Assembly (NCBI GenBank): GCA_049840735.1
Contig: JASGJN010000017.1
Span: 416,001 to 480,000 of the forward strand
DNA: 64,000 nt
DNA from: Anaeromyxobacter sp.
Lineage (GTDB): Bacteria > Myxococcota > Myxococcia > Myxococcales > Anaeromyxobacteraceae
Reading direction: 5' to 3'
The notes under the pieces were generated by a model. That model had not been told where the DNA came from. It ran no database searches and saw only the letters and a list, made by a program, of their open reading frames with translations. Position 1 is the first letter of the stretch; each line of letters starts with the position of its first letter. Positions 44,583 to 54,047 of the stretch are shown here, piece by piece. A program made the position numbers and the translations under genes.

Positions 44583-47145
44583 GCCGCTGCAGCCAGGCCG
44601 AGACGGCCGCCAGGGTGCGCTCGCGCAGCGCCACGTCCTGGCGCAGCCGCTCCAGCGTCTGCGCGATGGCGGCCTTGGCCTCCTCCAGCGGGTGGGCCGC
44701 CAGGAAGGCCTCCACCTCCTCCAGCTGCCGCCGCTCCACCAGCGCCCCCAGCGCCTCCACCACCCGGCGGAGCAGCATGGGCGCCCCCTTGATGCGGGCG
44801 TGGAGCGGCTCCCAGTCGGCGCGCAGGCGCGACCAGGAGGCCGCGCGCGCCGTCCGGTTGCCCAGCAGCGCCGCCACGAAGGAGGCCACGTCCTGCAGCG
44901 GCAGCGCCTCGCCCGCCCAGACCAGGTCGATGCCGCGCGCCGCCAGGCCGGGGTCCTCGAAGGCCGCCAGCGCCAGCAGGTAGCGGCGGCGGAAGGCCGG
45001 GTCGGTCTCGGCCTTGAACCGCTCGCGCAGGGCCTCGAAGCGGGTGGCGTCGCCGCCGCGCGCCACCGCCGTCACCGCCGCGTCCTGCAGGTTGGGCTCG
45101 AGCGCGGCGCGGTCGCCGGCCAGCCACCGGTCGAGGCGCCCCGACGCCTCGGCCACCGTAGCCGGATCGCGCGCCACCAGGGCCAGGGCGCGCACCGCCG
45201 CGGCCCGGCGCAGCCGCACCGCGTCAGGCTCGCCCGCCGCCGCGTCCCAGCCGGTGGCGGCCAGCGACGGCGCGAACAGGCTCGCCACCAGGCGCTGCAG
45301 CGCCGGGCGGTCGGCCTCCGCGACCAGCCGGTGGTCCACCACCGCCAGGCGCGAGAGCAGCTCGTCCAGCACGGCGTGGTCCTCCTCGCCGGCGAAGGCG
45401 GCGCAGAGATCGAGGAAGGGGCCGATCCCGCGCGCCCCGCAGCGGACCAGCGCCCACTCGTCGGAGAGGAGCGCGATCCGCTCGGCCGGCGCCAGCGCCG
45501 GCAGGTGGCGCAGCAGCGCCTCGCGGCCGCTGGCGTCGTAGGCCACCCGGTAGAAGCCGGTGGCCCCGGCGTTGGCGCAGAGGAAGTCCGGGTCACCCTC
45601 CCCGACGATGGGCACCTCGGTGACGCGATCGCGCAGCAGCACGCGCTGCTCCACGATCCGCCCGCCCAGGCCGTAGCGCAGCACCATGGGGACCGGCCAG
45701 GTGGCGGCGTCCTGGGTCGCCGCGTCGGCCGGGTCGGAGAAGAAGCGGCGCTGCTCCAGGCGCAGCATCCCGCCGATGCGGGCCACGCTCACCAGCGGGA
45801 AGCCGGGCTGGCGGATCCAGGCGTTGGCCAGCTCCAGCACCGGCTCCTGCGAGCTGTCGCCCAGCGCGCCCCACAGGTCGTCGGCCACGGCGTTGGCGCG
45901 GGCGTGGCGGCGCATGTAGAGGCGGATGCCCTCGCGGAACCGCTCCTCGCCCAGGTAGCCCTCGATCATGCGGAGGACGGCGCCGCCCTTCTCGTAGGTG
46001 ATGAGGTCGAAGGCCTCGCCCGCCTCGGCCACGCTGCGGATCTCGGCGCGGATGGGGTGCGTGGAGCGGAGCGCGTCCAGCTGCAGCGCCCCCGCCTTGC
46101 CCTGGTCGAACTCCAGCCAGACCCGCCAGGCCGGGTTCCACTGGTCCACGATCTTGAACGCCATCCAGGTGGCGAAGGCCTCGTTGAGCCAGAGGTCGTC
46201 CCACCAGGACATGGTGACCCAGTTGCCGAACCACTGGTGGGCCAGCTCGTGCGTGATCACCTCGGCCACCCGCTTCTTCTGCGCCAGCGACGCGGTGGCG
46301 GGGTCGAGCAGCAGCGCGACCTCGCGGTAGGTCACCAGGCCGGCGTTCTCCATGGCGCCGGCCTCGAACTCGGGCAGGCCCACCTGGTCGAGCTTGCCGA
46401 ACGCGTACGGGACGCCGAAGTAGTCCTCCAGCCGCGGCAGCACCTCCACCGCCACGCCCTGGCCGAACCCGGTCAGGGGCAGCTTCTCCGGCGTGGTCCA
46501 GGTGCGGACCGGCACGCCGCGCACCGTGACGGGCGGGTGGGCGGCCAGGGGGCCCAGCGCCAGCGCGACGAGGTAGCTGGGCAGCGGCGGCGTCTCGGAG
46601 AAGGCCACCCGCCGGCGGCCCCCGGCGCGCGCCTCGGGCGCGGCCGGCGTCCCGTTCCCCAGCACCGTCACGCCGTCCGGCGCCTCCACCGCCACGCGCC
46701 AGGGGGCCTTGAAGCCGGGCTCGTCGAAGCAGGGGAAGACCCGGCGGGCGTCCGCCGCCTCGAACTGCGTGGCGGCGATCCCGCCGTGCGCGTCGTAGAG
46801 GCCGCGCAGCCCCTGGCAGAAGGGAGCGCGGAAGGCCAGCTCGATGGCGCCGCGCCCGGGCGGTAGCGGCGCGTCCAGGGACACCACCACGGTCTCGCTG
46901 GCCGCGACCGCGCGGAAGCCGGCCACGCCCACCGGGCCGCGCCCGTTCCGCACCGAGACCGCCTCGATCTGCAGCTCGGCGGCGTGCAGCACCAGCTCCG
47001 CCGCCGGCTCCGCCAGCGTCAGGTCGATCCGGATCCGGCCGCTGAACTGCTTCCCGTCCAGGTCTATGGACAGCTCGGCGTCGTAGGCGGCCGGGCGGAT
47101 GGCCGGGCTGAGGCGGAAGGTCCGATCGTCGGTCGGGTGGGCCAT
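44575..47145 (-). CDS. M1 family aminopeptidase with ERAP1-like C-terminal domain
   Basis: TQFE, ARRVFPCFDEP, GAMEN, HELAHQWFGN...WLNE, YEKG. Confidence 0.95.
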   Translation of the reverse strand: MAHPTDDRTFRLSPAIRPAAYDAELSIDLDGKQFSGRIRIDLTLAEPAAELVLHAAELQIEAVSVRNGRGPVGVAGFRAVAASETVVVSLDAPLPPGRGAIELAFRAPFCQGLRGLYDAHGGIAATQFEAADARRVFPCFDEPGFKAPWRVAVEAPDGVTVLGNGTPAAPEARAGGRRRVAFSETPPLPSYLVALALGPLAAHPPVTVRGVPVRTWTTPEKLPLTGFGQGVAVEVLPRLEDYFGVPYAFGKLDQVGLPEFEAGAMENAGLVTYREVALLLDPATASLAQKKRVAEVITHELAHQWFGNWVTMSWWDDLWLNEAFATWMAFKIVDQWNPAWRVWLEFDQGKAGALQLDALRSTHPIRAEIRSVAEAGEAFDLITYEKGGAVLRMIEGYLGEERFREGIRLYMRRHARANAVADDLWGALGDSSQEPVLELANAWIRQPGFPLVSVARIGGMLRLEQRRFFSDPADAATQDAATWPVPMVLRYGLGGRIVEQRVLLRDRVTEVPIVGEGDPDFLCANAGATGFYRVAYDASGREALLRHLPALAPAERIALLSDEWALVRCGARGIGPFLDLCAAFAGEEDHAVLDELLSRLAVVDHRLVAEADRPALQRLVASLFAPSLAATGWDAAAGEPDAVRLRRAAAVRALALVARDPATVAEASGRLDRWLAGDRAALEPNLQDAAVTAVARGGDATRFEALRERFKAETDPAFRRRYLLALAAFEDPGLAARGIDLVWAGEALPLQDVASFVAALLGNRTARAASWSRLRADWEPLHARIKGAPMLLRRVVEALGALVERRQLEEVEAFLAAHPLEEAKAAIAQTLERLRQDVALRERTLAAVSAWLQRRG

Positions 47146-47640
47146 GTGCTCGCTCCAGGCGTGTCAGGCGAAGCAGGGAGAATGCGCGCGGGGTGCGGGG
47201 CGGGGCAACGACAAGTTCCGTCGCCGCCCCGAGCGGAGAGGCGGGCCGGGGCATTCACCCAACGTCACGAGCCATGCGCTCCGGGCCGGCGCCGGCCGCC
47301 GGCCGTGCGCCCGGGCGAGCGCCCCTCGCTGCCCCTTCGCCCAGCGGGCTGGGCCTTCGCGGCTCCCCTCGGTTGGCGTCCCTGGTGGGCAGCAAGCGTT
47401 CGCTGACCAGGGCATCCCAGGGGCCTCTGCTCGAGCGCCTCACTCCCCGAATGCGGTGCAATGTCGCAGCGTTGCGCGCGCTCCAGCCCGCTGTGCGCTC
47501 CCTCCTCCGGTGTGCCCCTCCAAGTCCGCGTACCCTCTGGGGCATTCTAGTTGGCAAGACGCAGCGCGTTGCATTGATTAGAGAATCGGCCGACACGTCG
47601 CCGCAGCCCAAGAGAGCGTGCGGCCGGGAGCGAGGGCGCC

Positions 47641-49569
47641 ATGACCGATGCCGTGCAGCACACCGACGAGATCCAGCGTTCGCGCGAGGTGGCGGAGGCC
47701 GCGCGTGAGGCCGAGTGGCAGGGCGCTGGCTTCCTCAGGGACCTGTTCCTGGGGAGGTTCCGCCTGAACCTCATCCACCCCTTCCCGCTCACCACCGCCG
47801 AGCGGCCCGAGTTCACCCGCTGGTACCGCGAGTTCGAGGCGTTCCTGCGCGAGAAGGTGGACCCGGTCAAGATCGACCAGACCGGCGAGTACGGCGACGA
47901 CGTGCTCGACGGCCTGCGCAAGCTGGGCGCCTTCGGGATGAAGATCGGCACCGAGTACGGCGGCCTCGGCTTCAGCCAGGTCGAGTACGGCAAGGTGATG
48001 CAGCTGCTCGGCTCCTACGACGCGAACCTCACCGCCCTGCTCTCCGCGCACCAGTCGATCGGCGTCCCCCAGCCGCTCAAGATCTTCGGCACCGAGGAGC
48101 AGAAGAAGAAGTACCTGCCCCGCCTCGCCAAGGGCGCCATCAGCGCCTTCGCGCTCACCGAGGTGGTGGTGGGCTCGGACCCCGCCCGCGTCTCCACCAC
48201 CGCCGAGCTCACGCCCGACGGCAAGCACTACCTGCTCAACGGCAGCAAGCTCTGGTGCACCAACGGCACCATCGCCGAGCTGCTGGTGGTCATGGCCCGC
48301 AACCCCAAGACCAACGGCATCAGCGCCTTCGTGGTCGAGACCAGCTGGCCGGGCGTCGAGGTGGTGCACCACTGCCGGTTCATGGGCCTGCGCGCCATCT
48401 CCAACGCCGTGCTCCGCTTCACCGACGTGAAGGTCCCGGCCGAGAACCTGATCGGCCAGGAGGGGCGCGGCCTCAAGATCGCCCTCACCACCCTCAACGC
48501 CGGCCGGCTCTCCATCCCGGCGGCGGTGGTGGGCGGCTCCAAGAACGCGCTGGAGCTGGTGCGCAAGTGGTCCAACGCCCGCTCGCAGTGGGGCCAGGAG
48601 ATCGGCAAGCACGAGGCCATCACCCACAAGCTGGCCGAGATCGCCACCACCGTCTACGCGATGGAGTCGGTCTCCGACCTGGCCCAGTGGATGGCGGATC
48701 GCAAGGGCTACGACATCCGGCTCGAGGCGGCCGCGGCCAAGGAGTGGAACACCACCCGCACCTGGCACATCCTCGACGAGACCATGCAGATCCGCGGCGG
48801 CCGCGGCTACGAGCGCGAGACCTCGGCCGAGGCGCGCGGCGAGGCCGGCGTGGGCGTCGAGCGCTGGATGCGCGACTGCCGCATCAACACCATCTTCGAG
48901 GGCTCCTCGGAGATCATGCACCTGTTCATGGCCCGCGAGGCGGTGGACAAGCACCTCAAGGTGGCCGGGGCGCTCATCGATCCCAAGGTGCCGGTGGGCA
49001 AGAAGCTGGCGGCGCTCCCCAAGGTCGCGGCCTTCTACGCCACCTGGTACCCGGGGCTCTGGCTGCGCGGGATCTTCGCGCCGCGCTACGGCGGCTTCGG
49101 CCGCCTCGCGAGGCACCTCCGCTTCGTGGAGCGCTCCTCCCGCAAGCTGGCCCGGCAGATCTTCCACGCCATGGTCCGCTTCGGCCCCGCCACCGAGCGG
49201 CGCCAGGCCTTCCTGTTCCGCGTGGTGGACGTCGCCAACGAGCTGATGGCCATGGCCGCCAGCCTGTCCCGCGCCGCCGCCCTGCAGCAGGCCGGCAAGC
49301 CCGAGGCGGCCAGCGCCGTGGCGCTGGCGGAGGCCTTCTCGGTCGTGACGCGCCGCAAGGTCAACGGCCTCTTCAAGGCGCTGTGGGCCAACGACGACAC
49401 CGCCGCCTACGCCGCCGGCCGGGACGTCCTGGCCGGCCGGCACGAGTGGCTGGAGCAGGGCGGCATCCCGCTGGGCGTCACCATCGACGACCTGCGGCCC
49501 AAGCTGCCGCCGCGCCCGGCGCCGGTGGAGGAGCGCGCCCCGGCGCCCCGCACCGCCCCGGTGGCCTGA
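47641..49569 (+). CDS. Acyl-CoA dehydrogenase (long, VLCAD/ACAD9-like)
   Basis: AHQSIG, FALTE..GSD, NGSKLWCTNG, LNAGR, QIRGGRGY, IFEGSSEI. Confidence 0.93.
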   Translation: MTDAVQHTDEIQRSREVAEAAREAEWQGAGFLRDLFLGRFRLNLIHPFPLTTAERPEFTRWYREFEAFLREKVDPVKIDQTGEYGDDVLDGLRKLGAFGMKIGTEYGGLGFSQVEYGKVMQLLGSYDANLTALLSAHQSIGVPQPLKIFGTEEQKKKYLPRLAKGAISAFALTEVVVGSDPARVSTTAELTPDGKHYLLNGSKLWCTNGTIAELLVVMARNPKTNGISAFVVETSWPGVEVVHHCRFMGLRAISNAVLRFTDVKVPAENLIGQEGRGLKIALTTLNAGRLSIPAAVVGGSKNALELVRKWSNARSQWGQEIGKHEAITHKLAEIATTVYAMESVSDLAQWMADRKGYDIRLEAAAAKEWNTTRTWHILDETMQIRGGRGYERETSAEARGEAGVGVERWMRDCRINTIFEGSSEIMHLFMAREAVDKHLKVAGALIDPKVPVGKKLAALPKVAAFYATWYPGLWLRGIFAPRYGGFGRLARHLRFVERSSRKLARQIFHAMVRFGPATERRQAFLFRVVDVANELMAMAASLSRAAALQQAGKPEAASAVALAEAFSVVTRRKVNGLFKALWANDDTAAYAAGRDVLAGRHEWLEQGGIPLGVTIDDLRPKLPPRPAPVEERAPAPRTAPVA

Positions 49570-49600
49570 GCCACGTCGGGCCCCGGTCCGGCTGCACCCG

Positions 49601-49634
49601 CGGCCCCTCCCGCCCCCGTGGCGGCGAGGGGCCG
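49601..49634 (+). terminator. GC-rich hairpin after the acyl-CoA dehydrogenase (possible terminator, no U-tract)
   Basis: CGGCCCCTC...GAGGGGCCG arms. Confidence 0.3.
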
Positions 49635-49687
49635 TCCCACGCTGCGTGGCTCTCGCCAGGCCGGCGGGCCGGGTACACTCGCCCCGG

Positions 49688-51580
49688 ATGCTCGCCTCGC
49701 TCCTCTCCCTGGTCGCCGCCGCGCTGGCCGCCTACGTCGCCCTGCTGGCGCACCGGTTCAGCCGGGCCCCGTCGCTGGCAGATCAGGGCTGGTTCGCGCG
49801 CATCGCCCTGACCGCGGCCGGCTACGCGGCGTGCAACGTGGTGACCACCTCCCCCGCCGCCCCGGACCTGTGGGTGGCGGTCTTCTCCCGGGTCCAGTTC
49901 GTGCTGGCCGGGTTCCACGTGGCGGCCTGGATCCGCTACGTCGGCGATCACACGCACCGCGCCTCGCGGCTCGACCGCCCGGCCACGCTGACGCTCCGGG
50001 CGCTGGGGCTGGCCGCGCTCGTCCCCGGCCTGGCGGTGGGCGAGCGGGTCGTCACCTACCGGTTCGAGCCGTTCGGCTCGACCTACCACGGCGGCGACGT
50101 CACCTGGCTGGGCCTGGTCTGCCTGGTGGCCTTCCACGCCGGCCTGGCGTGGGTGGGCGTCCGGCTGGCGCTGGCCTGGCGGCGCGGCGTGCGCCATGCG
50201 CGGGTGCTGGCCATCTCGGTCGGGCTGCTCCTGGCCATGGGCGCGCACGACGCGCTGGTCTTCTCCGGCGCCTACCACGGCCCCTACCTGCTCGACATGG
50301 GCATGCTCTTCCCCATCGCCGCCGGCGCCTACGCGCTGGGGGCGCAGGTGGTGGAGGACGCCCGCGCGCTGGCCGGGCTGCGCCAGGGCCTGGAGCTGCA
50401 GGTCCAGGAGCGGACCGCGGCGCTGGCGCGGAGCGAGGAGGCCCGGCTGCGGATGGAGAAGCTGGCCGCCCTGGGCCAGCTCTCGGCCGGCGTGGCCCAC
50501 GAGGTGAACAACCCCGCCGCCGTGCTGGCCGCCAACCTGCGCTACCTGCGCGAGGCGCTGGGCGAGGGGCAGCCGGCCGGGGCCGAGGCGCTGGAGTGCG
50601 TGCGGGAGGCGCAGGGCGCGGTGGAGCGGATCGCCCACATGGTGCGGCAGCTGCTCGACGCCAGCCGGATGGCCGCGGCCGCCGAGAAGCCGGCCCACCC
50701 GGTCGAGCTGGGCCACGCCGCCAGGGAGGCCTTGCGCATCGCCCGGGCCCGCGCGCCGGCCCAGGTCACCCTCACCAGCCAGGTGCCGGCGGGGCTGGTG
50801 GCGCTGGCGCACGAGCCGATGGTGGTGCAGGTGCTGATCAACCTGGCGGTGAACGGCGCGCAGGCCGTGCCTCCCGGCCGGACCGGCCACGTGACCATCG
50901 ACGCCGCGCGCTCGGGCGACGTGCTGCGGGTGCTGGTGGAGGACGACGGCACCGGCATGGACCCGGACGTCCTGCGGCGCGTCTTCGAGCCGTTCTTCAG
51001 CACCAAGCCGCCGGGCGTCGGCACCGGGCTGGGGCTGGCCGTGTCGCGCGGCCTGGTGCAGGCCATGGGCGGCGACCTCCGGCTGGAGAGCGCCCCCGGG
51101 CTGGGCACGCGGGCGGTGGTGGAGCTCCCGGCCGCCAGCGGCGAGACCGCCCTGCCCCCCTCGCCGGAGCCGGACCGGCCCCGCGGCCCGCCCCGCTCGC
51201 TGCTGGTGGTGGACGACGACCCCGGCGTGCGCACCGCGCTGGCGCGGGTCCTCGCCGAGCGCTACGCGGTCACCCTGGCCGCCGGCACGGACGAGGGGAT
51301 CGCGCTGGCGCGCACCGGCCGCTTCGACCTGGTCCTCTGCGACGTGATGATGCGGGACGGCGGGGCGGAGCGGATGGCGGCGGCGCTGGACCGCGAGGCG
51401 CCCGACGCCGGGCGGCGCATGGTGCTCTTCACCGGCGGCGCCACCAGCGCCGCGGCCCGCGCCTTCCTGGCCGGGGACCGCCGCCCGCTGCTCTACAAGC
51501 CGCTCGACCTCGAGGCCCTGGCGCGGATCGCCGAGGCGCTGCCGCGCGCCGCGGAGGGGCCGCCGCCGCAGCTCCCGTGA
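49688..51580 (+). CDS. Hybrid sensor histidine kinase (multi-TM input, HisKA, HATPase, receiver)
   Basis: GVAHEVNNP, N-box, DDGTGM, FEPFFSTK, GTGLGL; receiver VVDDD, CDVMM, KP. Confidence 0.93.
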   Translation: MLASLLSLVAAALAAYVALLAHRFSRAPSLADQGWFARIALTAAGYAACNVVTTSPAAPDLWVAVFSRVQFVLAGFHVAAWIRYVGDHTHRASRLDRPATLTLRALGLAALVPGLAVGERVVTYRFEPFGSTYHGGDVTWLGLVCLVAFHAGLAWVGVRLALAWRRGVRHARVLAISVGLLLAMGAHDALVFSGAYHGPYLLDMGMLFPIAAGAYALGAQVVEDARALAGLRQGLELQVQERTAALARSEEARLRMEKLAALGQLSAGVAHEVNNPAAVLAANLRYLREALGEGQPAGAEALECVREAQGAVERIAHMVRQLLDASRMAAAAEKPAHPVELGHAAREALRIARARAPAQVTLTSQVPAGLVALAHEPMVVQVLINLAVNGAQAVPPGRTGHVTIDAARSGDVLRVLVEDDGTGMDPDVLRRVFEPFFSTKPPGVGTGLGLAVSRGLVQAMGGDLRLESAPGLGTRAVVELPAASGETALPPSPEPDRPRGPPRSLLVVDDDPGVRTALARVLAERYAVTLAAGTDEGIALARTGRFDLVLCDVMMRDGGAERMAAALDREAPDAGRRMVLFTGGATSAAARAFLAGDRRPLLYKPLDLEALARIAEALPRAAEGPPPQLP

Positions 51581-51608
51581 CCCCCCATCACGCAGGCCCG
51601 ATCCGGAT

Positions 51609-52583
51609 TCAGCCGGCGCGCCGGTAGAGTCGCAGCGAGAACCAGGCGCGGGCGTCGCTCCAGCTCCGCTCCGGGCGCCACCCGCCGATGGCCGCCAGCG
51701 CGTCGAAGGCGCGCGGCTCCCACTTGTACGCGCTCTCGGTGTGGAGGGTCTCGCCCTGCCGGAAGGCGAAGCGCAGCCCGCCCACGGTCACCGCCTGCGG
51801 CTCCAGGCTCTCGAGGTGCATCTCCACGCGGCCGCAGCGCTCGTTCCAGAGGGACCGGTGGCGGAAGCCGGAGAGCCTGAAGTCCGCGCCCAGCTCGCGG
51901 TTCAGGCGCGCCAGCAGGTTGAGGTCGAAGGCGGCGGTGACCCCGCGCGCGTCGTCGTAGGCCGCCTCCAGCGTGACCCGGTCCTTGGGGTGATCCACGC
52001 CGATCAGGAGCCCGCCGTCCGGGCCGGCCTCCACGGCCATCTTGCGCAGGAGCGCCACCGCCTCCGGCGGGTCGAAGTTGCCGATGGTGGAGCCGGGGAA
52101 GAAGGCCAGCCGGCGCGAGGGATCGCCGGGGGTGGCCGGCAGCTCGACGCCGTTGGTGAAGTCCCCCACCACCGGCCGCACCGGCAGGCGGGGGAAGCGG
52201 GCCCGCAGCGCCTCGGCCGCGGCCAGCACCGCCTCCGGGGAGATGTCCACCGGCAGGTAGGCGGCGGGCGCCTCCAGCGCGGCCAGCAGGCGCGCGGTCT
52301 TGCGGGCCGAGCCGGCGCCGAACTCGAACACCTCCACGCGCGGGCCGACCGCCGCGGCAATCTCCTGCACGTGGGCCTCGAGGATGGCCCGCTCCGTGCG
52401 CGCCGGGTAGTACTCCGGCTGCTCGCAGATCAGCTCGTACAGCGCCGAGCCGCGCGCGTCGTAGAGCCACTTGGGCGAGAGCGCCTTGCGCGGCGCCGAG
52501 AGCCCCCGCAGCACCTCGTCCAGGAGGCCGCCCGCCCCCGCGGCCAGCCCCGCGCCGCGCTCCGCCTCGCCCGCCTGCATCAT
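51609..52583 (-). CDS. egtD: L-histidine N-alpha-methyltransferase
   Basis: PKWLYDARGS, EYYPARTE, EFGAGS..KT, GSTIGN, AYDDARGVTAAF, TESAYK. Confidence 0.93.
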   Translation of the reverse strand: MMQAGEAERGAGLAAGAGGLLDEVLRGLSAPRKALSPKWLYDARGSALYELICEQPEYYPARTERAILEAHVQEIAAAVGPRVEVFEFGAGSARKTARLLAALEAPAAYLPVDISPEAVLAAAEALRARFPRLPVRPVVGDFTNGVELPATPGDPSRRLAFFPGSTIGNFDPPEAVALLRKMAVEAGPDGGLLIGVDHPKDRVTLEAAYDDARGVTAAFDLNLLARLNRELGADFRLSGFRHRSLWNERCGRVEMHLESLEPQAVTVGGLRFAFRQGETLHTESAYKWEPRAFDALAAIGGWRPERSWSDARAWFSLRLYRRAG

Positions 52584-53877
52584 GGGTCCCTCGCCAGCCG
52601 CACGCCGGTGAGCTGCCACCGGGCGTCCGGGTAGAAGAAGTTGCGGTAGCTGGGGCGCGCGTGGCGCCGCGGCGTGACGCACGAGGCGCCGCGCAGCACC
52701 AGCTGGCTCACCATGAACTTGCCGTTGTACTCGCCCAGCGCGCCGGCCAGCGGCCGGAAGCCGGGGTACGGGGCGTAGCCGCTGGCGGTCCACTGCCAGA
52801 CCTCGCCCGCCAGCTGGCGCGCGCCGGGCCCGGGCGCGGCCGCGGCCGGGTGGTGGCGCCCGGTCTCGGCGAAGCCGCCGTCGCCGCCCGGGCTGGCCGC
52901 CGCCAGCGCCTCCCACTCCGCCTCGGTGGGCAGCCGCGCCCCGCTCCAGCGCGCGAAGGCGTCCGCCTCGAACCAGGAGACGTGCGCCACCGGCTCGGCG
53001 GGATCGAGCGGCCGGAGGCCGCCCAGCGTGAACTGCTGCCACCCGCCGCCGTCGCGCTCCCAGTGGAGCGGCGCCGCCCAGCCCTGCCGCTGCGCCGCCG
53101 CCCAGCCGTCGGACATCCACAGCTCCGGCCGCCGGTACCCGCCGTCGGCCATGAAGGCCAGCCACTCGCCGCAGGTGGCCGGGCGGGAGGCCAGGGCGTG
53201 CGGGGCCAGCAGCACCGGGTGGCGCGGCCGCTCGTTGTCGAAGGCGAAGCCCTGGGGCGGCGCGCCCAGCTCGGCCCGCCCCATCCCGCTCCAGCCAGGC
53301 CAGCGACGGCGCCGGCGCTCCGGCCGGCGGCGGGGGCGCGGGGTGGTAACCGGGGCGGAGCGGGTTTCGCGAGAGCGCGTGCTTGAGATCGGTGAGGAGG
53401 AGCTCCTGGTGCTGCTCCTCGTGCGCCAGCCCCAGCTCCACCACGTCCAGCAGCACCGCGTCGAGCCCGGCCTCGAGCTGCTCCAGCAGCCGCGCCTCCA
53501 CCTCGCTCCGGTAGCGGCGCACCTCCTCCAGCGACGGCCGGGTCAGGAGGCCGCGCTCCGGCCGCGGCTGCCGCGGGCCGGCCGCCTCGTAGTAGGAGTT
53601 GAACAGGAAGGCGAAGGCGGGGTGGAACGGGGGGCGCGACGGCTCGGCCCGGGCGCAGCACGAAGGCCTCGAAGAACCAGGTGGTGTGCCCGAGGTGCCA
53701 CTTGGCCGGGCTGGCGTCGGGCATCGACTGGACCTGCGCGTCCTCCGGCGAGAGCGGGGCGGCCAGCGCGGCGGTGGCGGCCCGGACCTCGAGGAAGCGC
53801 GCCCGGAGCCCGGCCCGGCGCGCGCGGGCAGGCCCGTCGTCTTCCCCTCCGTTGCGGCGGGCTGGCGGCGGCGGCAC
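52580..53877 (-). CDS. egtB: Ergothioneine biosynthesis sulfoxide synthase, frameshifts near 53650 and 53285
   Basis: [63 protein letters not shown]. Stop overlaps the egtD start. Confidence 0.9.
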
Positions 53878-54047
53878 GCGTTCAAGCTCCGCACCCTTCC
53901 CCCGACCGTCAACGCGGATCGCCCCCTCCCGGCGCCGCCCAGCGGGGGTGCCCAGCGCCGGGGTGAGCCCGGCCGGGCCGCGCCTGGACGCCCTGCGTCG
54001 CGGTCATGCGAGCGTCCGGACAGCCCCCGCGGTACTCTCGCGTACGA

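Noticed and set aside
52580..53877. Selenoneine synthase senA
   Set aside because: No senB or selD-like senC adjacent; canonical egtB-egtD pair
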